Notes under the pieces: generated by a model
Database searches by the model: none
What the model saw: the letters and a program-made list of their open reading frames with translations, nothing else
Told to the model about the DNA's origin: nothing
Part shown: piece by piece, positions 1-11,900 of the stretch
Numbering within the stretch: the first letter of the stretch is position 1
Layout: each line of letters opens with the position of its first letter
Assembly: GCA_051294375.1 (NCBI GenBank)
Contig: CM119265.1
Span: forward strand, 1,914,280-1,978,279
Length of the DNA: 64,000 nucleotides
From: Paraspadella gotoi
Taxonomy: Eukaryota > Animalia > Chaetognatha
Direction of reading: 5' to 3'
Made by a program: the position numbers and the translations under genes

Positions 1-97
1 CAAAATTGAGAAGAAAATACGAAGAGAACTTGAAAAAAGCGAGAAATGGGAAATGTCGTTGACGTGGATTGTTGGCCGAACCCGCGGCGCTTCTCTT

Positions 98-3000
98 CTA
101 CTCTTCTCTCCTCCACTCCCCTTCTCTCCCCCCTTCTACACTCCCTCCACTCTCCTCCGCCACCGCCGCCACCCTGATCACGTTCTTGCCCAGCGTCGTT
201 CCCTGCCGCAGCCTCTCAAAGGCCAGGTCGGCGGCGTCGAGCGGGAAGACGGCGTCGACGACCGGGTTCACTCTCCCTTCCTCCACCAAGTCTTTGACCA
301 GCTCCAGTACGGCGCCGTAGGGTTTCCCCCGGAGCATCCAGCGATAGTGGCGGTCGAAGAGGAGCCGCTGCTCCAGTCGGGTGCGAAGGAACTGGATAGT
401 TTTAAAATAATTAATTCATTAATAAATTAATTAATAAATAATCAATTATTTAATTATAATCTAATAATCTATTTAGGAAACATGAACATAAATGTCAAAT
501 ACTTGAAGAATCACTGAAACTGTCAACGTCTCCTATTTGTAACTTGTTTAATAAAACATTGGTCTATACTCTAATTAATTTTAATTGATTATCATTATCA
601 TTACATGAAAATCATTTCAAGTTATTACCAGAATTCTAACCTGCCACTCCTGAATAACTAAATCTGATTTTATATTGATGGATAAGTTAATTCCTTACAA
701 TTATTAAAAATATCAGGTAACGACACGTCCTCTTCCCTCCACCCCAATTCCTCACCTTGTACCCTGCCAACAAGCTCCCGCCAAGCAGCCCGTATCGTCC
801 GGTGAGTCCGACAATTGGCGGCAAGAGCGTGACCACGTGACCGCCTTCCTTACATAGATATAGGCAAGAGTCGCAGGCCCAAGGACCGAGGCTGTTGACG
901 ACGAGATCGAACTTGGGCTTATGCATGAGGACGTCCTCGAAGTGGTCGCCCGAGACGTCGACGACTTCATCGGCGCCGAGTTCGCGGACGAAGGCGACGC
1001 CGCTCGGGCCGCATGTCGCCGTCACGTGACCGCCCCAAGCCTTGACGAGTTGGACGGCGACGGCGCCGAGTCCGCCCGAGGCCGCGTGTACGAGGACGCG
1101 CTTGGCGACGCAGTCCAGCGGATCGAGGCCGCCCTTCTCAACCAGCGCCGCCCAAGCCTCCGTGGCGGCGTGTGGGAGGGAAGCCGCTTCGTCGAAGGTG
1201 AGGTTGCGAGGCTTTCGGGCCAACTGAGAGAAGGGTGGGAAAAAGAGAGGGAGTTAAAAAGGTAAGTTCATACGAGCTACGCCCACCAAGTCCTAACCTG
1301 CCACTCCTTGACGACGACAAGCTCAGCCAGCGCCCCCTGCTCAAAGTGTTCGGCGGCGGCGAAGACTTCGTCTCCCGGTTTGAAAAGCGTCACCGTCGCA
1401 CCGACGGCCTCCACCGTCCCTGCGATGTCGCGGCCGAGAACGAGGGGAAACTCTCGACCCTCGCCAACAGGGAGACCTGAAGGGAGATCAAGTTATTTGT
1501 AAATTAAAATACATAAATTTATTTCTAATTTATTAGTTATGGCAACAGTCGGGTTGCCTCAGATGCCCATTGGGATGGGGCATCTCACTGTTGGCTTTGG
1601 TGGCTTCCGACCCCCAGTGACGCCTCCAGTCACTGGCGCGGTTACCCTAGGACGGTCTCGCTTTGCCAACGCAGAGGGAAGTCGTTAGGACAGTTGATGG
1701 AACAGTACGCCTGGGATGGTGCGTTCCCCCTCTGAGCCAATGGATTTGGCTGAACGATGGTGGATGTGAGGCGGTGTGAATATACCGCCACATAGTATTA
1801 TTTATATATTTTTCATAGACTAATAGGTAACGAATTGACCAGCTATTAAACAACGCCAGGAAAGATTAAAGTTGTAAAGTCCTATTTCATATTTTTTAAA
1901 TTGTTTTGCGACGTAACACGGGCATTGTACATTTGTACAATGTTCATTGTACAAGCAACAAGACCTGGAAAATTGATAATTTAATCGCAAATCATACGCA
2001 TCTTAACTTATTAATTCTGTCTTTCTCTCTCTCCCCCAGACTATCTGCCTCTCACCCCTCATCCACCGCCACAGGTTAAAGAGCGGCAGCCCGAATCCCG
2101 ACTGAATCTCTAGATCCGCTGGCGACGCCGACGACGCCGCCACGCGGATCAACGCCTCGTCGTTGGCGCGGAGTCGCGGCGCCGGCAACGCCTCCTCCAG
2201 ACGCAGGACCTCGGGTCCGCCGCGCCGAGTGATGGTGACGGCGCGCATGCCCGTCACGTCGCCGGGCGGGATGCGGGCGGCGACGGGCAGGTGCGCCTTG
2301 AGGAGGGAGATGGAGAAGGTGGTGGCGACGGAGATGAAGAGGCTGGAGGCCATTTGACGTCTACGGGGAAAGAGGGGGGATGGAAGAGAAGACGAGACAC
2401 TAATTAATAGAAATGCAAAATCTTTCTCTCAGCCAAAAAATCAAAACCTGGAAATCGGCGGCGAAGCAATCCTCAGCCGCTTCGGTCCCAAGAACCACCA
2501 GAGCAGCGGCAGCGGCGTCATAAGCGTCGGCAGTAACCACATCGTCGACACGCTGTACTCTACCCCTTCCACGCCCCACCCCAGCAGCCGTTGAAGCCGC
2601 GTCTTAGCCGCCAGCGCCACCTCAAGCCACCGCTTGTGGGGAGAGTGGAGACAACGCCGGAAACTCTCCCGTCTGGAGACGGCGGCGTGCCACTCAAGCA
2701 GGCGGGGATACTCGAGGAGAGGGAAACCGATGTCTTTGAGAGTCTGAATCACCACCGACCAAATCACGTCGGCTTGAGTGAGAAAGGGGAGGCCGAGGAG
2801 AGAGGGAGAAGGGGAGGGAGGGGAAGCGAGGGAGGAGGTGGAGGAGCGATGATCTCCGCGGCGAGGAGAGTCGTGGGAGGAAGAGAGTAGATCCTCCAAA
2901 TGCTGCAGGGGACGACGGACTTCGGCGATGCGGCCTTGAAGGTATCTTGGAGAAGAGAAGGGGTTGGTTATAGAAAAGATCTCGGTTTTTTTTAAATTTT

Positions 3001-3575
3001 ATTATTAACTAAATTTGTAAAAAATATTTACTTAAATATTAATTAACATTAACTATGATTCAAATTAGCCCCCACCTTCTCGAAAAACCCCTCGACGCAG
3101 CTCTATAGAAATCTACGAGTTCCTTGTTGGCGGCGGCCCGCTGCGCTGCCTTGAGCCGCTTGAGATCGGCGAGGTGCGCCCCGCGAAAGTAAAAGTGGAA
3201 GACGAGGACGGACAAGGCCCTCTGGACGCCGCGCTCCAATTGGACGAGCCTCTCCATGGCGACGCGATCTCCGTTGGCCGGTGGCGTCAACGTCGGGTCG
3301 GGGAATTCCGAGTCGAGATGACGGACGATATCGTTGGAATCGGAAAGGATTTGCCCGTCGTGGATGAGGACGGGAACCGTCCCGCAAGGGTTGACTCGCA
3401 GGAAAGGCTCGTCAAAGTTTTCTCCCGCGAACAAGTCGACGTGATGCTCTCGCCAGGGAAGATTCTTCTCCTCCAGACACAGGCGCACCTTCCTGCTGTT
3501 GTGGGAGAGGGCGTAGTGATAGAGATGGAGGCCGCGGAGGTGAAGGGTCTCCGGGCAAGGGGGCAGCACCGGCAT
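98..3575 (-). CDS. Predicted fusion protein: GDAP1-like glutathione S-transferase (GST-N/GST-C plus hydrophobic segments) joined to an RTN4IP1-like MDR-family NAD(P)H quinone oxidoreductase
   Basis: Exons 3575-3076, 2945-2448, 2360-2056, 1476-1298, 1223-756, (optional 649-641), 391-98 join in frame via GT-AG introns. GST-N: LYHYALSHNSRKVRLCLEEK...RVNPCGTVPVLIHDG. RTN4IP1-like: EFPLVLGRDIAG, FKPGDEV, VLVHAASGGLGAVAVQLVKAWG, GKNVI. Confidence 0.8.
1538..1792 (-). mobile_element. Solo-LTR-like element, family A copy 1 (tRNA-like core, Helenus-like)
   Basis: TGTGGC...GCCATA termini; TAGT direct repeat at 1534-1537 and 1793-1796; similar to 42928-43089 and 47495-47717; in an intron. Confidence 0.8.
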
Positions 3576-3986
3576 TGTGTTTTTTTTTGGTTTTTTTATT
3601 GCTATATTATTAATCGCCAAGAGCCGAGAATCACATCTCCTTCTGCTTTTTTAAGTTTGTTTTGTTTTTGTTTTTTGATCAATCTGCTGTTTCTTGTTTA
3701 CTCCTTAATACTGGCATCTTTTTTCCCTAAGAATAGACGAAAACTTTTCTAGGCTTAAATAATCAAATTTAACTTAACCGTAATCACAAATAAAGCACTA
3801 ACGCATAATTTCCTGATTTTTATCTTTTTTTTGTGTGATCATTTATCAATTCTAGTGGAATAATGATTGAAACTTCAAACGACGACGAACATGAAATCAC
3901 GGAAAAGAATTCTGTCAAGGAATCAGAATGGAACCGCGACTGCCTTCACAAATGACGGCGGCATCTTCGTTCGAGCGCCTCTTCAT

Positions 3987-6900
3987 CTACTCGTCCGGGC
4001 CATGCGCGGGGACTTCGGATCGAGAGGCTCTTCTCTGAAGGACTTGGATGAGCTCTGGCTCTTCTTCTTCTATAGGCGGACGAGTCGTTCCGTGAGGAGA
4101 GTCCTCCACCTTTCTCAGCTTCACGTTCGGAGGTCTCCACTCGACGGTCGTGTCCGTGGCCGAAGAGAGAGGCTCCAAGTCTTGGCCGGAAGAAGAAGCG
4201 TGTTCCACGTCGATCGAGCAGCACAAAGAGTCCATCAGACCAATCGGAGAGGTCGAGCTTTCCTCGGCTCCGGACGGCGAAGTATCCAAGATTTCGGTCG
4301 AGGACAAAGTGTTAGCGACTCTGGACAAAGGGTTTAATGCTTCGACGGCTGAGGACAAAGCTTCGTCGAGAGAATCGACGAAGGTCAAGGCTTCATCGAG
4401 GGAGTAGGAGAAGCCGACTGGTTCTTCGTTGGAGTCTTGAGAAACGGCGAGCTGGTGGGGGGGAGAAATATAATAATAATATAATAACATAACTAAATCA
4501 ACTTCCATCAACATCCATAACTTCATTAATTTGATTAACATCCAAAATTTAAATAATAATCCTAATACTTTTAACCGATTAATCTTTGCGAATGGAATAA
4601 AATCCGCTTATTAAGATTATTGGTTTAATTTAATTTCCACGTTAGAAATTGTTAACATACTTCTAGTATTGTCATTCGTAATCCCATACAACCAATGAAG
4701 AGACCTTCCCTGTTACCCACCCCCATGGGCAATTCCGTGTTCGAGGATTGGGTCGTCCCGACGGAGGATTCCGGCTCCGTCACGTCGTCTTCCTCATCCT
4801 GGTCGGATTCAACAGCCTCGTCGGATTCCGGAGAATCGCTGTGAACCCGCGAAGGCGTCACGGTTTCGGGACCCGAAGACATGACGTTGCCCGGTCCGTC
4901 TGCTTTATCGCAGCCGCTACCGCTGAAGCCGCTACCGCTGACGCCGCTAAAGACGCTGGCACCGCTGGCCGAGTAGACATCGCGAGTTCTCCGCGGAGAT
5001 GGGAATTCGCCGGTGGAGGAAGGAGCCAAGCTGGGGGAGGAAGGATCAAAGGCAGAGCGGGATTTATTTAGGGCGGGGGGGGAAGCCCCTAGGGCAGAGG
5101 ACGATGGATCTAGAGCAGAGAAAGAAGAATCCAGGACGGTGGAGGAATAAGGGAATGCGGAGGCAGTAATATTTAAGGCGGGTAACGCGCCGCAGACGCA
5201 AGCCGCGTCGAGAGTGGAAGAGGAGAATCTGTCCGGGTAGGAGCAATCGTCGCCAGAATAGGTGCGATTTGCGTAACGATAAGGCCCGCTAGCAGACGAT
5301 TGGTGGGCGTAGGGACAAGACACGTTGGGAGGCGATTGGTGGGCGTAGGGACAAAGCACGTTAGATGGGGAGTAATGAGCGTAAGGACAAGGACTGGGAG
5401 GAGGAGAGTCGTTCGCCATTTGACAAGAGTCGTGAAAGGCATGATGAGAAAAGTGACAAGGACTATGAAGCGGGGGACTAGAGTACGCACAAGTGGCATG
5501 GACGGCGTGTTTAGAGTACGGGCAAGCATCGCTGGTCGGGACGTGGGCATGAAGGCAGAGTGCGCGGGAAGCTCGAGGATGGAAACGATAATCGCTCCCA
5601 GATAAACTTCGATCGACGACGAAATCTTCTCCGTGTCGTCCGTTAGAATCTCCCTCGGCGTTGACAGGATAAGGCAGATGCAGCCGCCGCGGAGAGCTGC
5701 CGCCGATGGACATTGACGAAACGTATCCGCAGCGTCCGTCGAACAAAAGACAATCTCGATGATGCGATCGACCGACGGGCGCCACTGGCGAAAAATCGTA
5801 GAGATGAGGATCCTCGGTTTTGCTCTTCGTGTCATCCTTTGTCGCGTGACGAGCTTCTTCCATCGTGGCGTCGTTCAAGCGACGATAAGTCACGCCCGCT
5901 TTTCGTTTCGTTCCGCCAAAGGATCGAGAGAAACGCCCTCCTCCTCCGGCGGCGGCGGAGACGTTCAAGTCTGAGGGTTCGCCGCCGTCGCGATTGCAGA
6001 CGAGTTTTCCGCTGAGGTAGCAAGCGAAGAGAATCCCGGAGATGATCGCGGTGCAAGACCCGACCAAAATGGCGACCAATGGATTCGATCGCCTCGGCGG
6101 AATCGTCGGTTTGACCGGAAGGTAGTGCTCGGCTTCCTCCATCGTGGTCGAAAGGGCCGGATGAGTCGTTACCGTGGCGGTGTGGGTAAGAGGAGGAGGC
6201 GTCGGACGGTTGGTGAGAAGCTGCCTCAAACGATCCACCGGAAGGTCCACATACCTTGAAGAGAGAAAAAAGAGATGAGTTTTTATTTCCTTCTGTTTTT
6301 CACAAGAATGTGAGGGAGAATTGTCTTCTCGTCTCACCACATCTTCACATCCTCCATCGACGCCTTTCCGTTTTTCGTCTTTTCTATGAGAAATCCCAAA
6401 CAATAAGCGAGCATGAGGTGTCCCAAGTGGATCGTCCCGGTTCGTTTGGTGGAGCCTTTGTAGATCTTGACCCAGTTGGCCTTGGTGGAGTTATGACAGT
6501 CGGCGTCGGCCGAGCCTTCGATCTCGAAGAGGAGCGGAGCCGAAGCCTCCTTCACCGCCGTGAAGGAAAAGTTGAGGACGACCTGAGGTGAATTTTACAA
6601 TTATAAATATAAAATTATCTAACATCAAATTATCCATTCATTCAATATATAATCTGGCTTTCTTATCAATGAAGTGGTATAATATTAAAAAGAACAGTTT
6701 TAATTGCATGATCAGTATTAGTATTAGATAAATATTTAATCACACGCCATTTTACTTTTACTTATAAGATCAACTTCCATCAAAGAAACGTCCCTTTAAA
6801 GTTTAATACCTGCAACCGCGAGAATTTCCAGAAGAGGCGAATCGGGAGAGCGTTGCCGGCGCCGCTCCGCCACGAGGAGACGTAACCCTCAGGGAAGACG

Positions 6901-7673
6901 GAGGTGGAGTTCTTGCGGTAGTCGACGCAGGCGCGAGGGGGCGTGTTCTGGTCAACCTGAGACGGGGGGGGGGAGAAACAATGCCTGATTTTCTAAAAAG
7001 ACCTCCAGCTCCTTCCTCTCCCTGTTAGATGTTAAACTGTTGTTGTCATATTATTGTCAGTCATATTATAAAATGATATCGGTATTTTTTTCTGACCAGA
7101 TATAGTTGAACATCAAAATTCGTATTGATAGTTCTATTTATCTAATCATTTTTCTAAAATTCTATCAGAAAGTTTGATGGGAACCGTGTCTTTTCAGAAA
7201 GAAGCCCGATAATATCGGGCTATATAGGCGATATCATTTAATAATATGAAGCTTTCTGTACTTGTTTGTATATAACCAAGGAATTCAGTTGTTCAGTCCC
7301 TAACCTCAGTCAACGGACAGACGCAATGGTTGTTATCGTTGCCGCAAAATCCGAAGGGCGAGCAGCAGGGCTTGTTGCTGCGAGGGTCGCAACCGAGGAC
7401 GGTGCTGCAGATGCCGCTGTTGTCGAAGTAAGCGGTGGGCGTGGCTTTGACAAATGCCTCCAAGGGATGGTGGTGGACTTTGGAGACTTTGCCCGTGTCG
7501 TAGGCGCCTTCTTTCGCCGCCTTTCCCGATCGTAGCAGCTCTTTCCAATCGGCCGACTTCGACGCCGCCTTCAACGTCTGCTTGAGTTCATCGTATGAGC
7601 TCATGGCCGTCGTGGTCGTCGTCGTCAACGACGACAACAACGACGCCAGAGTTGCTAATAAGTTTAGTCTCAT
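3987..7673 (-). CDS. Type I membrane protein: signal peptide, hevein/ChtBD1-like cysteine module, one TM helix, long low-complexity tail
   Basis: Exons ~7673-7305, 6956-6810, 6582-6338, 6254-4721, 4451-3987. N-terminal MRLNLLATLASLLSSL; CDPRSNKPCCSPFGFCGNDNNHCVC...CVDYRK; TM LVAILVGSCTAIISGILFACYL. Confidence 0.65.
7061..7249. mobile_element. Candidate MITE (~190 bp)
   Basis: Terminal inverted repeat TCATATTATAAAATGATATCG / CGATATCATTTAATAATATGA (20/21 match) and internal palindrome GCCCGATAATATCGGGC; no clear TSD; single copy in the window. Confidence 0.4.
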
Positions 7674-8914
7674 AATTATAATATTTTATTGGAGGAGAGA
7701 TGCTTTTTAACTTTCTGATGGAATCAGCGAGAAGGGCGGACCCTGTGGCCCGACATCTAAAAAAAGTCAACTTGTGGGCGGGAGGAAAAAAAAATTAATG
7801 ACACGACTACAAAAGGATAGAAAGAAAACAAAATCAAATTAAGAAAAAAACTGGAGAAACTCGACTCAAATCTTTCTCAATTCAACGTCGAAGAAATTGG
7901 TGGTTTTGCTTTTGTCTCTTGAGGCGTCAGAAGGAGAAAAGCGGAGGTCGTCGTCTTTTTGCAGAACCGAGTTTCTTAACTCGAATTGACTTCTTAAAAA
8001 TAGCGAGGAATAATTAATAATACTTAGTCGTTTGACTCTCATTCTCTTTTCAATTGCTGATTCAAGTTCTCCGATTCACTTTGTCGGTCCGTCGGTCCTA
8101 CCCCAAAATCTTGTCGGAAAGTTACTTGGATCATGTCAGAACATCATATTATATACATGTATATAATGTATATATATATAAATATAATCCCTTCTTAGCT
8201 TTAAACCATTAACGATTAACTTAAAATTTTGAGTGAAGCTAAAAAAGTGTGTTATTGAGCTTAAGTGGAAATGAGTTTAAATAGAAAAATCAAAAAAAAC
8301 ATTTCAGTCTTTGATTAAGCTTTTTTTCTTTTTATATTAATTAGAAAAACAAAGTGCACCTAAAAAACAAAATATTGAAAGGAAATCTGAAAAAAATACT
8401 TGATTAATTAATTAATTTAATAATTATTTAATTAATTTCTCCTATTTTTCATCTGATCAGCTGCTTACCGCTCATGATCGTGAGCAGATCCGATTTCGTT
8501 TGCTCAAACTTTTTTTTTTAGTCATTGTATTATTTCTGTCGATTCGTTGGAGACAAAACGTAATAACATTTAAATGGTTTACAAACGATGTTTACAACAA
8601 CAACAACAACAACAACGTTTTTTTTAATAACGGCTATGAGGTATGAAAAATAAAAAATAAAATCGCTTCTTTCCGATTTATTAAAAAACAAAAAAACAAA
8701 CAAAAACAAAAACAAAAAAACACGAGACGAGTCATTGCACTTAGCGGAAGCGCATTATTTATAAATAAATAAATAAATAAATAGCGTATATTTAATAACG
8801 AAATAATCTTGAACATGTTAGCTTTAAAAAAAAAAAAAAACAGGAGTAAAAAAATGGCTTGGATATGAGGGGGGGGAGGAAGATGGAAGACTAGAAGGAG
8901 ACGAAAATTCTTAG

Positions 8915-11900
8915 CTAATCTAATTTGACTAAAAGCGCGGCGAGAAGCAAGCCGCCTTGCTCCTTGGTCCGCCACTCCAACTCGTTGTTGGGAAGGTAAG
9001 GTTCGGCCACGCTGCGGTCGGGTTGGCGTTGAGCGGCGGATGAGGTGGAGGTGACATACGAGCCTGGTTTGACGAGCATCTGGAGAGCGACGCGGGCGCG
9101 GAAGGAACGGTTCGTCTTCCGATCCGAATAATCCACGGGAGACGCTTGGGGGCTCGAGTGGATCACGCTGAATTCATTTATAATGTTATTAATGTTAAAA
9201 AATCAACGAAATTAATGAACAACAAAAATATAGCGAACTTGATGGAGGGCGAAAGGATGACTTCGGTTTTCAACTCCTCTCGATGCGCCGTCTCCTTGTT
9301 CCGCTCGGAGATGTCGCCGCCGGCCAAACACCACGACACGTCCGTCGACGGATTGAGGAATTCCCCGGGATCCTCCAGTGAGCCGGAGTCCAGCGTCGGT
9401 CTGGAAATGTGGATAAACGCTTGTGGATTGATAATTTTAATTATAAAGAATTAAAATAAATAATCATAAAAAAACCTAAGACACTCGACGGGTAGAGCGT
9501 GAAAGGCTGTGTGCCATTTATCTTGATACTTTTGCCGGCGGCCGCCGTGATGCAGCCGGAGCCCGAAGCGGCACCAGCCGACGGGGAGGGAAAAGGCTTT
9601 CGGGGGTTCGCCGCCCACACGTTTGGAACTCGTCGTCGACTCGGCGCGGAGGCGAAGGCAGTTTTCGCAAAAGCAGAGACTTTGGTCGAAGCGGAAAAAA
9701 CCTGGGGGGAAGAGGGGGAAAATGAAATTATTATTCCAAACTCTCCCACACCGCGCAACTGACCCATGGGAAGTCCCAGCGAAGCCACGAAACGCTTGGC
9801 GACGTTGAGGATCTCGCAATTGACGATGACGGGATTCCGAGTGGGCGTGGCCTCTCTCGACGACGACGACAAGGAATCGGGTTGAGAAGGCGGCGAAGAT
9901 CGGCGTTGAGGAAATTTGCTCGTTTTCTCCTTTAAACCTTCTTCGTCTCCCTTTTCTTTGGTTTCGTTCGACTTTTGATTTGGTGGCGGAAAACGAAAAA
10001 AACAAAAAAATTTTTTTGGGTTAATTTTGATTAATATTAATCTCAAGTATCCACCACCTGAGCGCCGCCTCTCTCCAACGGCGCCGCGCCGTCCCTCGGC
10101 GCCGTAACGAAGGTGACGGCGTCGCATTGACCGTAGACATCGACGACGGCGTGACATCCCAGCGGAAGTCCGTGGGCGACGGCTCCTTGGTCCACGCCGT
10201 CGATGAGCAGACGCAAAGAGGCGTTCTCGTCCACGACCACGCCCACCGAGCGACCCGGCGACAAAGCGTCCAAATCCGGCGTCGGGGCGCCGAGTTTTTC
10301 GGGAGACACCGCCCCGCCCACTTTGACGCCGTCGTGGTAGAGGTGAGAGTGACGGAAAATCCAAGAGCCTCGTTTGAGGCCCATGGAGGTGAGAGGAAGG
10401 GCGAGGCGGTCAGGACTGGAGAGAGAGAGAGAGAGAGGAAAGAGAGAAGTGAATTTATTTATTAAAGAAAGAGAAGAGAAGAGAAAAGTGAAGATGAAAC
10501 GGACCCGAAAGCGATGACGCCGATGGCGAGACCCGACGTCCATCGATAGTTGACCGAATCGACGAGGACGTGGAAAGGCACGCCGGGTTTTAAAGGCGTC
10601 GATGAGACGACGAGGCCCTTGAGTAAGAAAAAGGAGGCAGAGGAAAATTAAGTTACAAATTTACTTGCTATGATATGAAATAAAATAGAGGGCGGCAATC
10701 TTATTGTAGTATTGGAGTAATAAGTTATTCCAAGTATCGCAGGTTTTGTGTTCTGTTTTAATATTTGCTTTATTTTCGTTTGATTTATGTTATTACCGTT
10801 TAATTGTATAAATGAGTCACAGAAGTTCAAATAATATTTTACAAGCAATGACCATAAGCTCAGCACATTCATATTAATCACAAGCCCCTATGTAAAAAGA
10901 GAAACCGAGAAATCTTTTCTCTCTCTCTCTCTCTCTCTTTTGCGCGAGAACCTGATTGTAAGAGGCTGTCCTCTCGGCGTGCTCGCGATTGTCTCCCGTC
11001 AGACGAACGTTCTTCCCGTGATTCGGGTGGAAACCGTTCGGCGTCTCCTTTTTCGCCTCGTTTGAAAAGAGCAAGTGCAAATTTAATATTACTAATTCTT
11101 TATCGTTGATTATAAACAATTTTAAACATATATGGAAACTATAATGTACTTGGATCTTCTCGTCGTCCGTTTGCGTTTTGATGATCGTCGCCTCCGATGT
11201 TTCGTCTCCTTCCAACTTGAAAATAAATACATATATACATATATACAAGGATACAATTATCTAATTAATTAAGCCACCTTCTCACCTCTCTCGACGACGA
11301 CGCGGCGACGGCGCCCATTTCCTCGGCGCCATCCGGCGTCGTGGGTTCCATCGGCGGCGGCGCCACGACGGCGATCTTGGGCGGCGGAGCGGCGACGGAT
11401 TTAGCCGCCGATCGGTTCTTCGTCTTGCACGCGTTGGTGAGCGGGACGGACGAGACGACGCGCACGGACTCGACGCGTCCGTACAAGTCGAGGACGGCAA
11501 AGACGCCGCGCGGGACGTCGGTCGCGGCCACGCCCATGTCTTCGCCGTTGACGAGGACGTGCATCGTGGCATCGGCGCATCGCTTGACGCCGACGCGGGC
11601 GTTGACGCCGAGACGGTCGAGGGAACTCGCGTAATTCTCTTTGATGACGACGCCGTCCTTGTAGACGTTGCCGTCGATCATCGCCCAGACGGGCTTCAAC
11701 GACGCCAGACCGTCGGAGCTGTTAGCCATGCTCGTCGACACAATCTGAATAATGGGTTTGTTAAGAAGTAAGTTTAATTTAAATGTTTAGAGTTATTTAA
11801 TTTATATTAATTGATATGAAATTGGTATAATGAATATAAAAATTACGAGATTCCCTCTCTTTCATTTAACAATCTATAGACAAGGTTTCAAACAAGATTA

